Shown one piece after another: positions 44,501-56,460 of a DNA stretch of 64,000 nt (the first letter of the stretch is position 1; every line of letters starts with the position of its first letter). Source of the DNA: Asterias rubens. Its lineage: Eukaryota. The notes under the pieces were generated by a model. The model had not been told where the DNA came from. It saw only the letters and a program-made list of their open reading frames with translations, and searched no databases. The stretch lies in the NCBI RefSeq assembly GCF_902459465.1, contig NC_047066.1, positions 10,106,001 to 10,170,000 of the forward strand, in the 5' to 3' direction. Both the position numbers and the translations under genes were made by a program.

Positions 44501-46936
44501 ACTTTGACTTGTGGTTTTGTGACTGTACATGTAAATCTATTTTTAATCATTGAAAATGTGGTTGACATCCTTGCTACAATAGTCTTATAGTTTCAAATGG
44601 AATCTTTCCATACATAAAAAAAAATCAGGAAAATCAAAAAAGCATTTAATGTACTCCGTTTGATTTCAAAGAAGTTTTTTTATACTAAATTACCGATGTG
44701 AATTCTCATTAGAGTATAAAAGTTTTTACAAAGTTATCTCCAGTTATTTAACTTTCGAAAGTTGAGCATTTTTGTGGGTATCAGTAGTGGCAAGGAGTGC
44801 TGACTAGAATGTGTGTGATTTGATAGTTTCTTTTTGCCCCTGTTCTGATACTTCCTAACCTCTCATTCATTTTCCAGTAATGTCACTGGACTACTCCATT
44901 TTGTCAGAAAGGGGTGTATCAGGGTCAGCTGATGATAAACTATTGACATGGACATGTAAAGAGGTAAGGCAATCATTCTTTCCCGACTCCCACTGTTTAC
45001 CCCATGGAAAATTAGGGTTTACAATTCTGTAGCTCAAATTTAAAGGGAAGGTATCTTAAAATAAATGGAAACGTTTCCTTGAAATACTTGTCCCTAAATG
45101 TTGTATTTGTTTTAGAAATGATTATAACAGTTTGTTGATAGTAAAGAAATGTTTGAAATAGTAAAAAATTAAAAATAAAAGTGGTTTTAGATTTTTTATT
45201 TTTGAAAAACTATCTTCTTAAAACTCTGACGACCAATTGAGCTAACTTAGTGTATTGCAACATTATGCATAAAATAAAAAATCTGTGAACATTTAGGCTG
45301 AGTTGGTCATCGAAGTTACAAGAAAATAATGAACGAAAAAAACACCCTTGTTGCACACTTATGTGTGCTTTCAGATGCCCGAAGTCTTTTCAAGATTCAA
45401 ATATTTCAGTGAGAAATTAAGACAAATTCTAAAAAACTCTATTACTCCAGTAAGTTTTTACTCTAATATATATTTTGAGTAATTACCAAAAGTGTCCAGT
45501 GCCTTTAAATTGTCACAGGTTTGTGAATTTCATGTATACAATTGGCTCACATAAAGGGTAGATATTGGATGACAATTTTAAATGTTGTCCATCGAGTGCT
45601 TCAATACATTTTTTTTTTTCCATGCAAGGCTGGTCTGACAGTTACATCAGAGTCGACTTTAACCAACCCTGGACTCTCTGATGTTTGTGTCCGTCATGAC
45701 AATAGAATACTGGCTACTGCAGGTTGGGATTCACGGTATGTATGTATGAAGGAAAGTCACATAGTGACTTGCCACACATTATATGGAAAGGTTTGCGGTA
45801 AAACCATGTAGAGACTATCTCTAAATGAGTTGGGGTGGTTCTGAAAAGAACCGTTGGTTTTAACTCAACGTTTCGATCAGTATGCACTGATCGTCTACTT
45901 TCACCAAAAGACAATCAGAGCATACTGATCAAACTGTCGAGTTGAAACCAACAGACATTACATGGTGTTACCGCAAACCTTTCCATATCGTATTTCCACC
46001 ATGCAAAGTTTCGAATCCTACTTGCCACACATTCATCCCACAAATTACCTTTCCACTGACTGGTATCCTTTACAAATGATCATTAAGCCTGGGCGACTAG
46101 TGACATTTACTACTTGACTAGTGCCCCCTCATTAATAGTTGCGACTTTGACACTAGTCAAAACTAATTTTTAATTACCAATATGCATTGCGGCATATTGT
46201 TTGACGCAGGCGCAATAAAGACAAATTCATGCTGAAAGGATTTGAAGGATTGTGCCTCTGATGCCCGATTGTAAATAAGTTATTATTTTGATACTTGTAT
46301 GCTGCACGCAGGATGCCCTCTCTAACTGTCATGACGTCATGTGCATAAGGTCTATTACCCACTGAAAGAGTGTTGTCCTAAAAACTTGACTCAAAGCAAA
46401 ACTCACCATAACAATAGAATCAAGTTCCTTTCATCATTTATTTAGAAAAAGTTACACACCAAATTTATTATGAAGACATTTGTTGTTTTAAATAAGGCAA
46501 AAATGTACACAAATTTTGAGCACAAAAAGCTTGAAGATGGGGGGAAAATTATAATGACATCACTGTCAAAATTAAATGACATCACTGTCAAAATTATTAT
46601 CTGCAGAGTTAAATTGATGAAGTACTGGAGTAACTTAATCAACCGGATTTGGTTTACTTCATTTTAAGTTTCATCAGGCAACTCATTTTATGAGGATTAT
46701 GAAACAGAAACAAATTCACTTTAGTCTTGACTTTTTTCTTTTTCCCCCCCCCCCCCAGGATTCGAGTGTTTGGTTGGAAAAAGTTGAAACCCTTAGCTGT
46801 CCTGAGCTACCATCGTGCGACCGTCAATTCTGTGTCATTTTCTGAGCCTCTACCTTCATTTAACTTCTCCCAACTACTAGCTGCTGGGTCCAAGGATAAA
46901 CACATCAGTCTCTGGTCATTGTATAACCCAAGTTGA
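41406..46936 (+). CDS. GNB1L: G protein subunit beta 1-like (WD40, WDR14), 324 aa
   Basis: Exons 41406-41530, 42398-42520, 42987-43102, 43371-43481, 43995-44123, 44878-44963, 45629-45735, 46759-46936 total 975 nt. PPDPLFVLRG, SQGRDG, GMPMC, TNPGLSDV, ILATAGWDSRIRVFGW and LLAAGSKDKHISLWSLY match recalled human GNB1L. Confidence 0.95.
41770..42270 (-). mobile_element. 3' fragment of a CR1-group LINE in a GNB1L intron
   Basis: ORF 42259-42020 reads HNYSTRNA...LYVPKVRTEKGKKSISYKGSSLWNGLP, a typical LINE ORF2 C-terminus. It is followed by a 3' UTR and an AAT-rich tail. Confidence 0.7.
44167..44426. mobile_element. hAT-type MITE
   Basis: TIR CATAGAGTTATATAT..AG..CTAGAGGGCGCAC and its reverse complement; 8-bp flanks GAGTTATC / GAGTAATC (7 of 8 identical). 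Confidence 0.8.
45781..45988. mobile_element. Palindromic element with two decayed hammerhead-like arms, family 2
   Basis: Outer 30-bp inverted repeats ATATGGAAAGGTTTGCGGTAA.ACCATGTA. The inner minus-strand arm reads GAUCAG ugcaua CUGAUC-GAAAC-GUU-GAG, and a degenerate mirror arm lies on the plus strand. Confidence 0.5.
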
Positions 46937-47456
46937 GAGCCGCAAGTATAAAACATTGGACTATTAATGCCAGCCAAAAATCAGTTCAAGACTTTAATTT
47001 TGTTCATTTCAATTATTGACTCTGGTTGTGAAGTCAAGGACTCTCAGAAAAGCGAACTTAATCACCGCACTAGCCCAAATGGAAAGACAGGAAAGAAGTT
47101 TCAGTTTTAGATGTGGGAGAAAAACCCTAGAGATTTATTCCAGGGAAACCCCACACATTCAGGTAGGGACCGAAAACTCAATCCAGATAGTACCCCCTGT
47201 TGGGATTCGAACCAGGGTCACAGAGGTAAAATGCAATGTCAATATCTCTCTGTTCCACCATAATGGAAACAACATTTATTCAGGATAATTATTGGCACAA
47301 GGTAGTCCACCAACAGAGGGCTCGATAGCTCAGTTGGTAGTCATATTAATCCGGAGGTCGTTGGTTCAAATCCTGCTCTAGTCAAGTTGTCTTCGTTCAA
47401 CCCTAAATCAAGTTTGTAAAATAAGTTTGTAAAACAGTTCACCGTGCCGTGGACTG

Positions 47457-50400
47457 TCAAGTTGTTTCTCCACTCTCTTGACATGAACAATGTTCACAGG
47501 TTCCGCACGCTCCAGCAGATGAACTATTAGTTCCATCTGCAGACTCTGTAGTTTTGTCGCTCACATCTGCTACTCTTTTTGTGTCCCCTAAACTTTCCAC
47601 CGCGATAGTCCTGGGAGAAGCTCCAGGAGCGCGTTTCCCGATGGGTCTTGTTTTTCTTGGTGGCTTTGGGGGGAGGTTGGCCTCATTGTTGACTGCCCAA
47701 GGCCCGAGGCTTCCATTGGAGTAGAAATCCATAGGGTAGGTGGCTTGCCATTCAATTGATTCTAAAACAACTGAAGCCTGTCGGGGGAAAAAAACCACAA
47801 ACAAATACCTCTTTATTTTGTTTTCTTCGAATCCATAGATATGTTCAAAGCTCACAGGTACAGGTACATTGATCTATGTGATTGGATGTTGAGCCCAACT
47901 TGATAATCAACAGCCCAACTGTAGTCTGTCTTGTTCAAAAGTATAATGGGACCGGCAGGGGTTACTCTAGTTGGGCAAGATCTAGGTTGAAATCAGTGAC
48001 CAAACTGAGATTCAGATATTAATGCCTTTTTAATTACTAAAAACGCCATTTGTTTAAATAAATGTAAATTCCAAAGTTTTGTTTTAATTCAATTTTTTTT
48101 ACCCAAAGATTGTATTCCCCTCTCCATGTGGAATATTGAAATTTTATCCATTTATATATCTCATGTATTTTGTATAGATTTTGTATTGAATTAAAGCAAT
48201 TCAAACTGACCAATAATTTGCATTTCACATGTTTTTATCTGTTTACACTGGCATGTTGTTTTAATACATGTTTCTCGTCTGTTTCTTGTCCTAACTTAGG
48301 ACAAAAGTTTTAATATCTCCTAGGATTAGTCCTAAGTTGGGACTAGTCCTAACTTTTTGAGAAATCGACCCCTGGAACTGGTTGCCTGGAAATTGCCTTG
48401 TGTAACATGGCCTTAAACATCATCTTGTGTGATTTTGAGGCAAGACCCTGTAAATAAAATGCCACACTTGACCAGAGTCAAACTTACCTCATATGGTGAA
48501 AGCAGAGGTTTCTCAAATGCGTATCCCCAGTCAATGGACAAGCGAGGGCAGGCTACTTGGATCCATCTGCGAGAAAAAAAAGTGATCAATCACAGGCATT
48601 ATGTGCTGTAGTCCTCTTCGGGAGACTGCTTTCTTCCATATAATTTATACAAAATATTCCCATTAAACGGTTTTGATAGCTTTTTTTAATATCAAGTTTT
48701 TGGTCATGACATGAATCCCTACTCACCGTGAATGATGCTATGTAACATAATTTACCTGTAGAAGTTTCAGCCTTATTAGTCGTCAAGAAATTACAGGGCA
48801 ATGTCCCGAGACAAAAATTATTATTTGGGACATTGTTTTACTCATTTCTTAAAAACTACAGCACCTCAGCAAGTAACATTTTAAGGGAAGCTTACGACCA
48901 TCATTATCTTCAAACTGTGCACGTTTAATGTTGATCTGTGGAAGTTTGTGTTTTGTGTCTCAAAAAAAGTACACAAACCCTTTAAAAACACCTTCCCTTT
49001 AAAGGCAGTGGACACTTGGTAATTACTCAAAATAATTATTGGCAAAAAATCTTTCTTGGTGACGAGTAATAGGGAGAGGTTGATGGTTATTATTATTATT
49101 TATTATTATTATTTATTCGGCCAAGATTTCAACAAACAGTACAAGATACAATATTGAAATATAAATAAAGAAATATAACAGTATAAGAAACAATGAATGT
49201 AAACTTATGACATCTAGAACAATTGTAAACCAATGATTGAGTGAGACAGAGCACTGGCAATCAAGCAAGACAATTATAAAAACAGACAGGACAAGCCCAT
49301 TCTAAGATGGCCAGGATTAATAAAAGTGAACCTAACCACTGTGACTCGAAAGCCTACCAATCCAATCTTAAAATAGGAATAGAATCTTTAACAAACATTT
49401 AAAAACAGTAAAGATAAACTTTGGAAAATATAATAAATATTAAGAACAAAATAAATATGTATATGTTAAGAAAAACCTATTTATATGTACATTGTAGCAA
49501 GATTATTTGGAAGTGCACATTTGAATTTAAAAAAGCTGACCTATAAAAGTATTGTGTATAAAAGATTGTGAGAAACGGCTCCCTCTGAAGTGCCATAGTT
49601 TTTGAGAAAGAAGTAATTTTCAGCGAATTTGATTTTGAGACCTCAAATTTAGAACTTGAGGTCTCGAAATCAACCATCTAAACGCACACAACTTCGTGTG
49701 ACACGGGTTATTTTTCTTTCATTATTATCTCGCAGTTTTGATGACCGATTGGGCTAAAATTTTCACAGGTTTGTTATTTTATGCATATGTTGAGATAAAC
49801 CAACTTTGAATGCTAGTCTTTGACAATTACCAATAGTGTCCTCTGCCTTTAAGAGTAAAAATTACTTACGCATCAACATCTTGCAGAAGCTTGAGTTTAT
49901 CTGGGTAGATCTCTGATAGGAGGACCAGCACGTAATCCTTCCCGACTGCCTTTAGACGTGTTTGTAATTGCTATAAAAAAAAAGAAAACACCAGAATTTA
50001 ATCAATTTCATTAATACTACTACACTGGCATGGGCATTTGACTTTCCTTGTTTCACTATTTCACAAATTTGAAGGTCTCTATTCCTGGAAGACCTTTGTA
50101 GTCTATTTTATTCTATTTTGTACAAGTAGCCCAACGAAGCCAGTGTGTCCCTTTAGCGTTGATGTCTAACACAAAACATAATTTCAGTCAAGTTTGACAT
50201 TTCTTACCTCCAGTACTTTAGGTGATCCCTGCCTGCCTAGAGTTCCCATGATGAGACCAAAGCGTTGGGCTTTACAAGCTTGCTTGATGGCTGTTTGTCT
50301 CGCAGCGTGCATCCTCTCGGTTTCGTAATACTCTCTGCTGAATACTTTACTGTACGGATCATACCTTGTGGCATAAAAGGACCAACAATGATTGTAATAG

Positions 50401-53400
50401 TTGAGATAGATGATATCGTAGTTCTTTTGTGGGTAAATGTATACAATACCATAAAATTACTCAATCGGAAAGTTGCAAGAGAATAATGAAAGAAAAAACA
50501 TGCTTGTTGCACAAATTTGTGTGCTTTCAGATGCCTAAAAAAAGGCTTCAGGCCTAAAGCTTTTTATATTTGAGTGAGAAATTTCCTCTTTCTCAAAAAC
50601 TCATTACTTTAGAGGGAGCCGTTACTCACAATGTTTATAAACAGCTCTCCATTGATCAATACACATTAAATTTTATGCTTACATTATTTTGAGTAAATAC
50701 CAATAGTGTCCAGTGCCTTTAATACAATAATAACAATCAGTGGGTTACCTGTATGCTGGAATGTCCGGATTGCTTATCATGACAGCCTCGAGGTGGAACC
50801 GACCATCTCCTAAATAACTAAACAAAACAGAACAATAATATGTGAAAGATAAAACAACAATTCTCACTCTTTCATTTGTTTGAAAGTGGACTGACCTGGC
50901 ATCATACCTGAACATTGCAGTTTATCAATTAGAGCACCATAATTAAAAATGAATAGTTTTGTTGATCCACTCACCCTTGGTGGAAGACAAAATTTGATTA
51001 ATTGCTCACTACTAAAATTGATCTAGCTACAACCTTGATTACATTTACAAATTGTAATTACAAGTACAGCAAAGTCCGAGTGACTACGGCTTCAGCTATG
51101 GCTTTTCAGGGAGCCGGACATAGCCACTGCTGAAACCAATAATCTGGACACGGCCATAGTCATCAGCCAAACTATACAGTTTTTTAAAATTTATTTTTAT
51201 GTCAATACTCCTGGTTTTGGAACTGATTCAAAACAGAAGTCAACACTGATCCGAATATTCTTTGAAAACATCAGAGCCCAAATTCACGAAGCCAGAATGC
51301 ACAAAAATCTGCTAAGCAAGGTTAAATCTTGTTAAGCAAAAACCAGCTACCAGCCAACATTCCATAAAGTTAACATTGATGTTACTGGTGCCCAAATCAT
51401 TTTTTAGCTTAGCAAAGAAATGTGTCAACTGTCAAGCAGTATTTTCTGCTAAACAGCTTCATGAAATTGGGCTCTGTTTGTTGAGGTATTGGTTGGAGAT
51501 CTTACATGATGTTGTCTACGTCACTGAGCCTTGGAGCTGTACAGCCGAGTATCTCACCGGGTGACAGTGGTTTACATTGTGGGATCTTCACCTTATAGTC
51601 ATCTTGGAGCTCCTCATAGGCAGACTGCAATGCAATTAAAAAAATAGTTGGCGGTTAAGTGTCTTTGTTTGGTTTGATCTGGTCACAAGGTCTCACAAAC
51701 ACACGTCTGGAGGCTGGAACAAATGCAAGCCAGATACTTCACTGAGCCAAAAAGGCGATTGCCTCCATGACCCCTGGTCATTGCCTTGGTGCCCTTGAAA
51801 TGCTCTAGTAGAAATTTACAATTTCCTCATGGGGTGCCCTTTGCCAAGGAGAAAAGGCCTTGGTGTCCTTACTTTTTTTTTTTTAAGGATTTTTGAATAG
51901 TTGTGTGATATTGTTGCAAACTGTGGCAATCTGTTTGCTGTTTTGCATTTATTGGTTGCATTTATTGCTTTCCACCACAAACTCGGGCTGTGACTTTGCG
52001 ATAGAAAGGACCACTGGCACACTAGCATCCCACTGCTAAAAAAATAGCTTAGGTCATAATATACCTGTAACGCTGCTACAAACTGGATGGTGCTGACGAG
52101 AGCCATAGAGGCACCAGACTGGAAGTTATGCCTGATTGTGTCGACCAAGTGTGCGGTATCGATCCGAATATCAACAAATACATACAGCATGTTAATTCCC
52201 TCAGTGGTGCCGATGGGGACTGTGGGAAATGGAACAGAAAATGGAATGGAAAATGTCAGTATTAAAACTAACTCCTAACAACATCTGGAGCTGAAGCTGT
52301 GGTTTTCGAAAAGGGCCTGTGGACTTGGAATCTGCATACTAACCCAGACAGCTGTGGCCATAATGAACCATGAAGTCCGCTCCTAGTGCTTTAGCAGTAT
52401 AATCATCCACACAGCATGCTCCATACGTCACATCGCCCATAATCAATGTATCAGCATCTGTAAATCTACATCATTCAGAGGAAGGTAGAATATGGGTTAG
52501 AACCATAGAGCTATATATATGGACAAGAGCGTTTACTTGCTCTGCGTTTTGAAGCCACCCTGGACGCAGACATGTTTGATGTGTTGCGTGACTACGGAAC
52601 GATTTTAATTTTAAGAGAACACAAATTGCCGCGAGTTTTTTACATTCCGCGTGTGCACTTACGTACGCGACTGCCCATTCGCCGCTACGAAAACCGGAAG
52701 TTTGACTTTATTGACGTACTAAAAAAGTATACGCGCATTTTAAACATGACGCACATGACGCTCGCAGCTTGTATGCTCCTCAGCATACTTGCTGCATTTT
52801 TTGGTTCGATGACACATAGAAAAGAACAAACGCATTAACATGCAAATAGCCGTACAATTACCGTACAAAAATACAATATACATGTATATAGCTCTATGGT
52901 TAGAACCAAATGAAGCGTGTCGTGGGCGGCCTAGCGGTTAAGAGCACCGAATTCAAGCTCATCAGCAGAGTATGGGTTCGAGTCCCCGGCGTGACACTTG
53001 TGTCCTTCAGCAAGACACTTAACCAGGATTGCTTCGTAATGTTTGGGAGGTAGTGCTTTCTGCTCTACCAGCCAGGCTTCTGATGGATGATACCCAAGCC
53101 TACATCCATATGGACTGTAGAGGGGGTAGCCCCAGGAGTAGGTGGCAACGGCCCCATGCAAAAGTAAATTGTAGCCCACACCTTGAAGTGGCCTTCATGC
53201 CATGTGTATCTGGCGACTTGCATAAAAAAATATATAAAATACACATTATGTCACTGACCGTATAACCAAGAACCAAAAGACTTTGTGTTACTAGATTGTT
53301 TTAACAAAACTTAAAAGTATTTACTTTTCTATTATATCTGCTATGGTGCAGGCAAACATCAAGAGTCCCTCAGGAAACTGTAAGGCAACTGTGGAATAAA

Positions 53401-56067
53401 AAAATCACATTTAGATCATTGTTATATTTGGGCACAGAATACAACAATCAGGAGCTCAGGAGAAACTGTGGACACAAAATTCAACTCAGGATATTATTAC
53501 CAAGCTGGAAATAAAATCAAGTAGTTACCTCTATTAGCTCCTACATTCTTGATGCGCCATATTGTTTTGGGGATTTCAAAGTTGTAGTTCGATGGAAGCT
53601 GAAAATAAAAATAAAGGAGGGGTTACAATTTCAGTAAAGATAGTTATATCCAATATATGGATGAAAAATGGAGCACAAACTCAAAAATTTGTCAGTGACG
53701 TTTCACCACTACACTAGTGGCTTCATCCGACTGGCAACTCATCACAGCTGGTTTTCTCCTTATATAATTATCAGGGCGTGATGAGCTGGTTGTTACACAA
53801 TGTATGTAAATCACAATGTACTTAAGTCTTAAGACACTGATATTTTGAAAGTTAGAGGACTGTGTATAAATATTTTAATGTATTCAGAATCCTAAAACTA
53901 ACTTTGAAGATTTACGTGTTGTTTTTTTACCTGGCTGATAGCATCTTTCAGTTCGTGATTGTTGAGGATTTCATCTGGAATTTGATGAGCTACCCTGGAG
54001 CCTAATAGAAAAACACAATTGAAAGATTTATAATGAAATCTTACTGCATAGTCACTAATCTATGACACCCTAACAAATTTACGCCTAAGTAAAAAGATAC
54101 AAAAAGTCCTTATTAATTGTTAATATTCATAATACCCCAGACAGTTTCGCCATTCCTGTTGGTGGAGAGCATGTCACAGAGGGGTTAAAGACATAGTTGC
54201 GATGTCAGGAGGAGGATTACGTTATCGCAACTAATAAAGACAATAGCTGGAGCTGTATAAGAGTGCCTTGCTTCGCCTGTTGGGCATGCAAGCTCATTTA
54301 GTTACACCAATTTAATTATGCGTTATATTAGGCCGAGTAAACAAAAAAAATGTTTCACGTCCGGGTTTTTAAAAAAAAGGAGGAAGAGGGGCTTTTTATT
54401 TATTTATTTTTTTCAGGTTGGCCACCATTTTTTGTTTAAATGTGAAATATCCATTGTTTTTTCTACTGCTGTAATACACAAAACATAAATGAAACAATTT
54501 AGTTGAGGCATTCAGACAAGGCATTCAGATTGTTTTTGCTGAGATCATTTAAAATAACCCTATTTAAAAAAATAAAAAAATCAAATAAAAAAACATGTTT
54601 CTTTTTTTACTTGGCCTTATAAATAGCTATTTAGTACCAGCCTTTTTACATGCGGCAAGACACACAACCCAACGAGCATGCACCAAACAGAATGTTTAAA
54701 AAGTAAGTTTAAAAGAGTATTCCCCTCCCTACTCCTAAAGTAGATAGTGTCTCTGCAATCATCTCAACTCTGGGCTGGAAACCTCTCGAGGAGCACAGAA
54801 TGGCTACACGCCTTACTTTACAAGTCCATACATCATAGAGCTGAATAAATTCTGACCATCTAAATCAAATCCCAAACAAAATGACTGATGTACAAACTCG
54901 CTCAACAAAATCAATATCCTTCATCAGAGCATGGAGGTAGCAATAAATTGTACCTCCATGATCAGAGTACCCGCAAACAAGGATTGCTACAAACACTGAC
55001 TTGCTCCTACCGAAAACTACAGCAGAATGGAACCTCCTCCCACTCCCAGCTGCTGTGAGAGAAGCTCCCTCACCTGATAGTGATACATTCAAAAAAAGCC
55101 TACACAACTTAAACCTGTTAAATATCAAAAGTAGAGCGCATTATAATAATTAGAGTCCCCAGCACCACACACCTGCAACCTTTACACCCCTACACTGGGA
55201 GATTGATAGTATTGATCCAGATCCAGATCCAGATGACTGTCGATAGCAGATCGAACCTCGTCATTGATGAGGTTCGATCCGCTATCGTGCCGTTGTGACG
55301 TGGAGACAATAGCAGAATGAAACTCATCTTACTTAGAATTAGATTAGTTGCAATAATGTGACCCTCCTCTCGACTTTTGCTCGGCCGTCGGGAGGAGGGT
55401 TATGTTATCGCAACTAATAAGTTCTAGCTGAGTATCCCCTACTCCTAGAACTATTTCAGTTTCGTCCGCTATCGTCTCCCGTAACTTACACTTACAGGAG
55501 ACGATAGCAGACGAAACCGAAATAGTTCTAGGAGTATCCCCTCCCATGGTATTTACCCCTTCCAAACCAATCAAACTATATAGCACTTTAAAAAAGGAAA
55601 AGTTTCCGTATGGCGCCACCACTTTTTCATTCGAAATAAAATAGTATCTAATTTACCTGTTTGATATATCCCTTTTTGTAAAAATGAGTGAAAAAGTGGT
55701 GGCGCCATACGGAAAGCTATCCTTAAAAAAACCTAACACCCCCTTCCCCACACTTTTCACACTTTTCACACTTTTCACACTTTTAAGGCCGAGTTTGGAT
55801 CCAAAGACCCCCCCCCCCTGCCCCGCCCATCCGTCAGGCATGCACTTTTGCACGTACACATGCATGTGCACACACTAAACAGTCATCTCCTCAGTCAGTT
55901 GCAATAAATAACGTAACCCTCCTCCCGACGGGCGTGAAACATCAACACCATGAAACAACACGGTTATTTATAAACTAATGACAGCGCTTACTACCTTTTC
56001 CACCAATAATCCGCTTCGGTTTTGAATTTTTGGCTGAAATAACAACAGTTTTGTCCATATTTTCCAT
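47457..56067 (-). CDS. DPH1: Diphthamide biosynthesis protein 1, 467 aa
   Basis: Minus-strand exons 56067-55992, 54001-53931, 53598-53529, 53388-53325, 52465-52344, 52219-52065, 51624-51506, 50817-50749, 50364-50208, 49970-49870, 48566-48488, 47777-47457 total 1404 nt with consistent phases. Motifs: [85 protein letters not shown]. Confidence 0.97.
52504..52898. mobile_element. hAT-type MITE with perfect 8-bp TSD
   Basis: TIR CATAGAGCTATATA...TATATAGCTCTATG, flanked on both sides by GTTAGAAC (52496-52503 and 52899-52906). Confidence 0.85.
52917..53270 (+). mobile_element. tRNA-derived SINE: same head as 7367, different 3' module
   Basis: GGCCTAGCGGTTAAGAGCACCGAATTCAAGCT...GGGTTCGAGTCCCC...GTGTCCTTCAGCAAGACACTTAACC. 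The 3' module (GAGTAGGTGGCAACG...CTTGAAGTGGCCTTC...TCTGGCGACTTGCAT) recurs on the minus strand at ~30950-31450. Confidence 0.75.
53693..53733 (-). ncRNA. Minimal type I hammerhead-ribozyme-like motif (Penelope/retrozyme type)
   Basis: Minus strand CAGU-CGGAUGA-A-GCCACU agugu AGUGGU-GAAA-C-GUC-ACUG. Stem I is CAGU/ACUG, the core differs from CUGAUGA only at position 4, stem II has 6 bp, and GAAA and the GUC triplet are present. Confidence 0.7.
54800..55238 (+). mobile_element. Degraded LINE 3' fragment with (ATCCAG)n tail
   Basis: Broken frame [10 protein letters not shown]...[12 protein letters not shown]...EWNLLP...FKKSL resembles a LINE ORF2 C-terminus and ends in gatccagatccagatccagat. 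Confidence 0.55.
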
Positions 56068-56460
56068 CGTGGTGACTGGTGGTGTCAAGAAGACATTTGC
56101 CGTGTTGTTTATCTCCTGTAACATACTCGTTCTCAAATTACTGCCACCAGCACAAAAGAATGCACACCAATCTAATTTTACTCTGAGAACGACATCGTCA
56201 TTGGAAAACTATGGTGTTGTCAAATATATTGCACCCAACAAACGATACGCCTGAATCGTATTTTCACGCGTACATGATTGGCTGAAGTGCATTCACGTTG
56301 GCAATCAATTCGTTCAACCACACCGTAAACAAAACGTACGCTGAACGTGAGTTTCAAGTACGAAATACAAAACTTCGAAATTTAAACTAGTTAAAATCCA
56401 TCTCCATCAGCTCGTAGATTTAATAATTTCGCTGAAAACTTTCATAGACACGAAGTAAAG
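56068..56460. promoter_or_regulatory. Bidirectional promoter DPH1 / SNRPD3
   Basis: Divergent ATGs are 393 bp apart; the region is CpG-enriched and has a CCAAT box (GATTGGC) at ~56276-56282. Confidence 0.75.

Noticed and set aside
47318-47412. tRNA-like sequence (GCTCAGTTGGTAG...GGTTCAAATCC); also 3424-3500, 19262-19365, 52917-52990
   Set aside because: Anticodon arms and acceptor stems are incomplete and the sequences run into SINE bodies, so they are SINE heads rather than tRNA genes.
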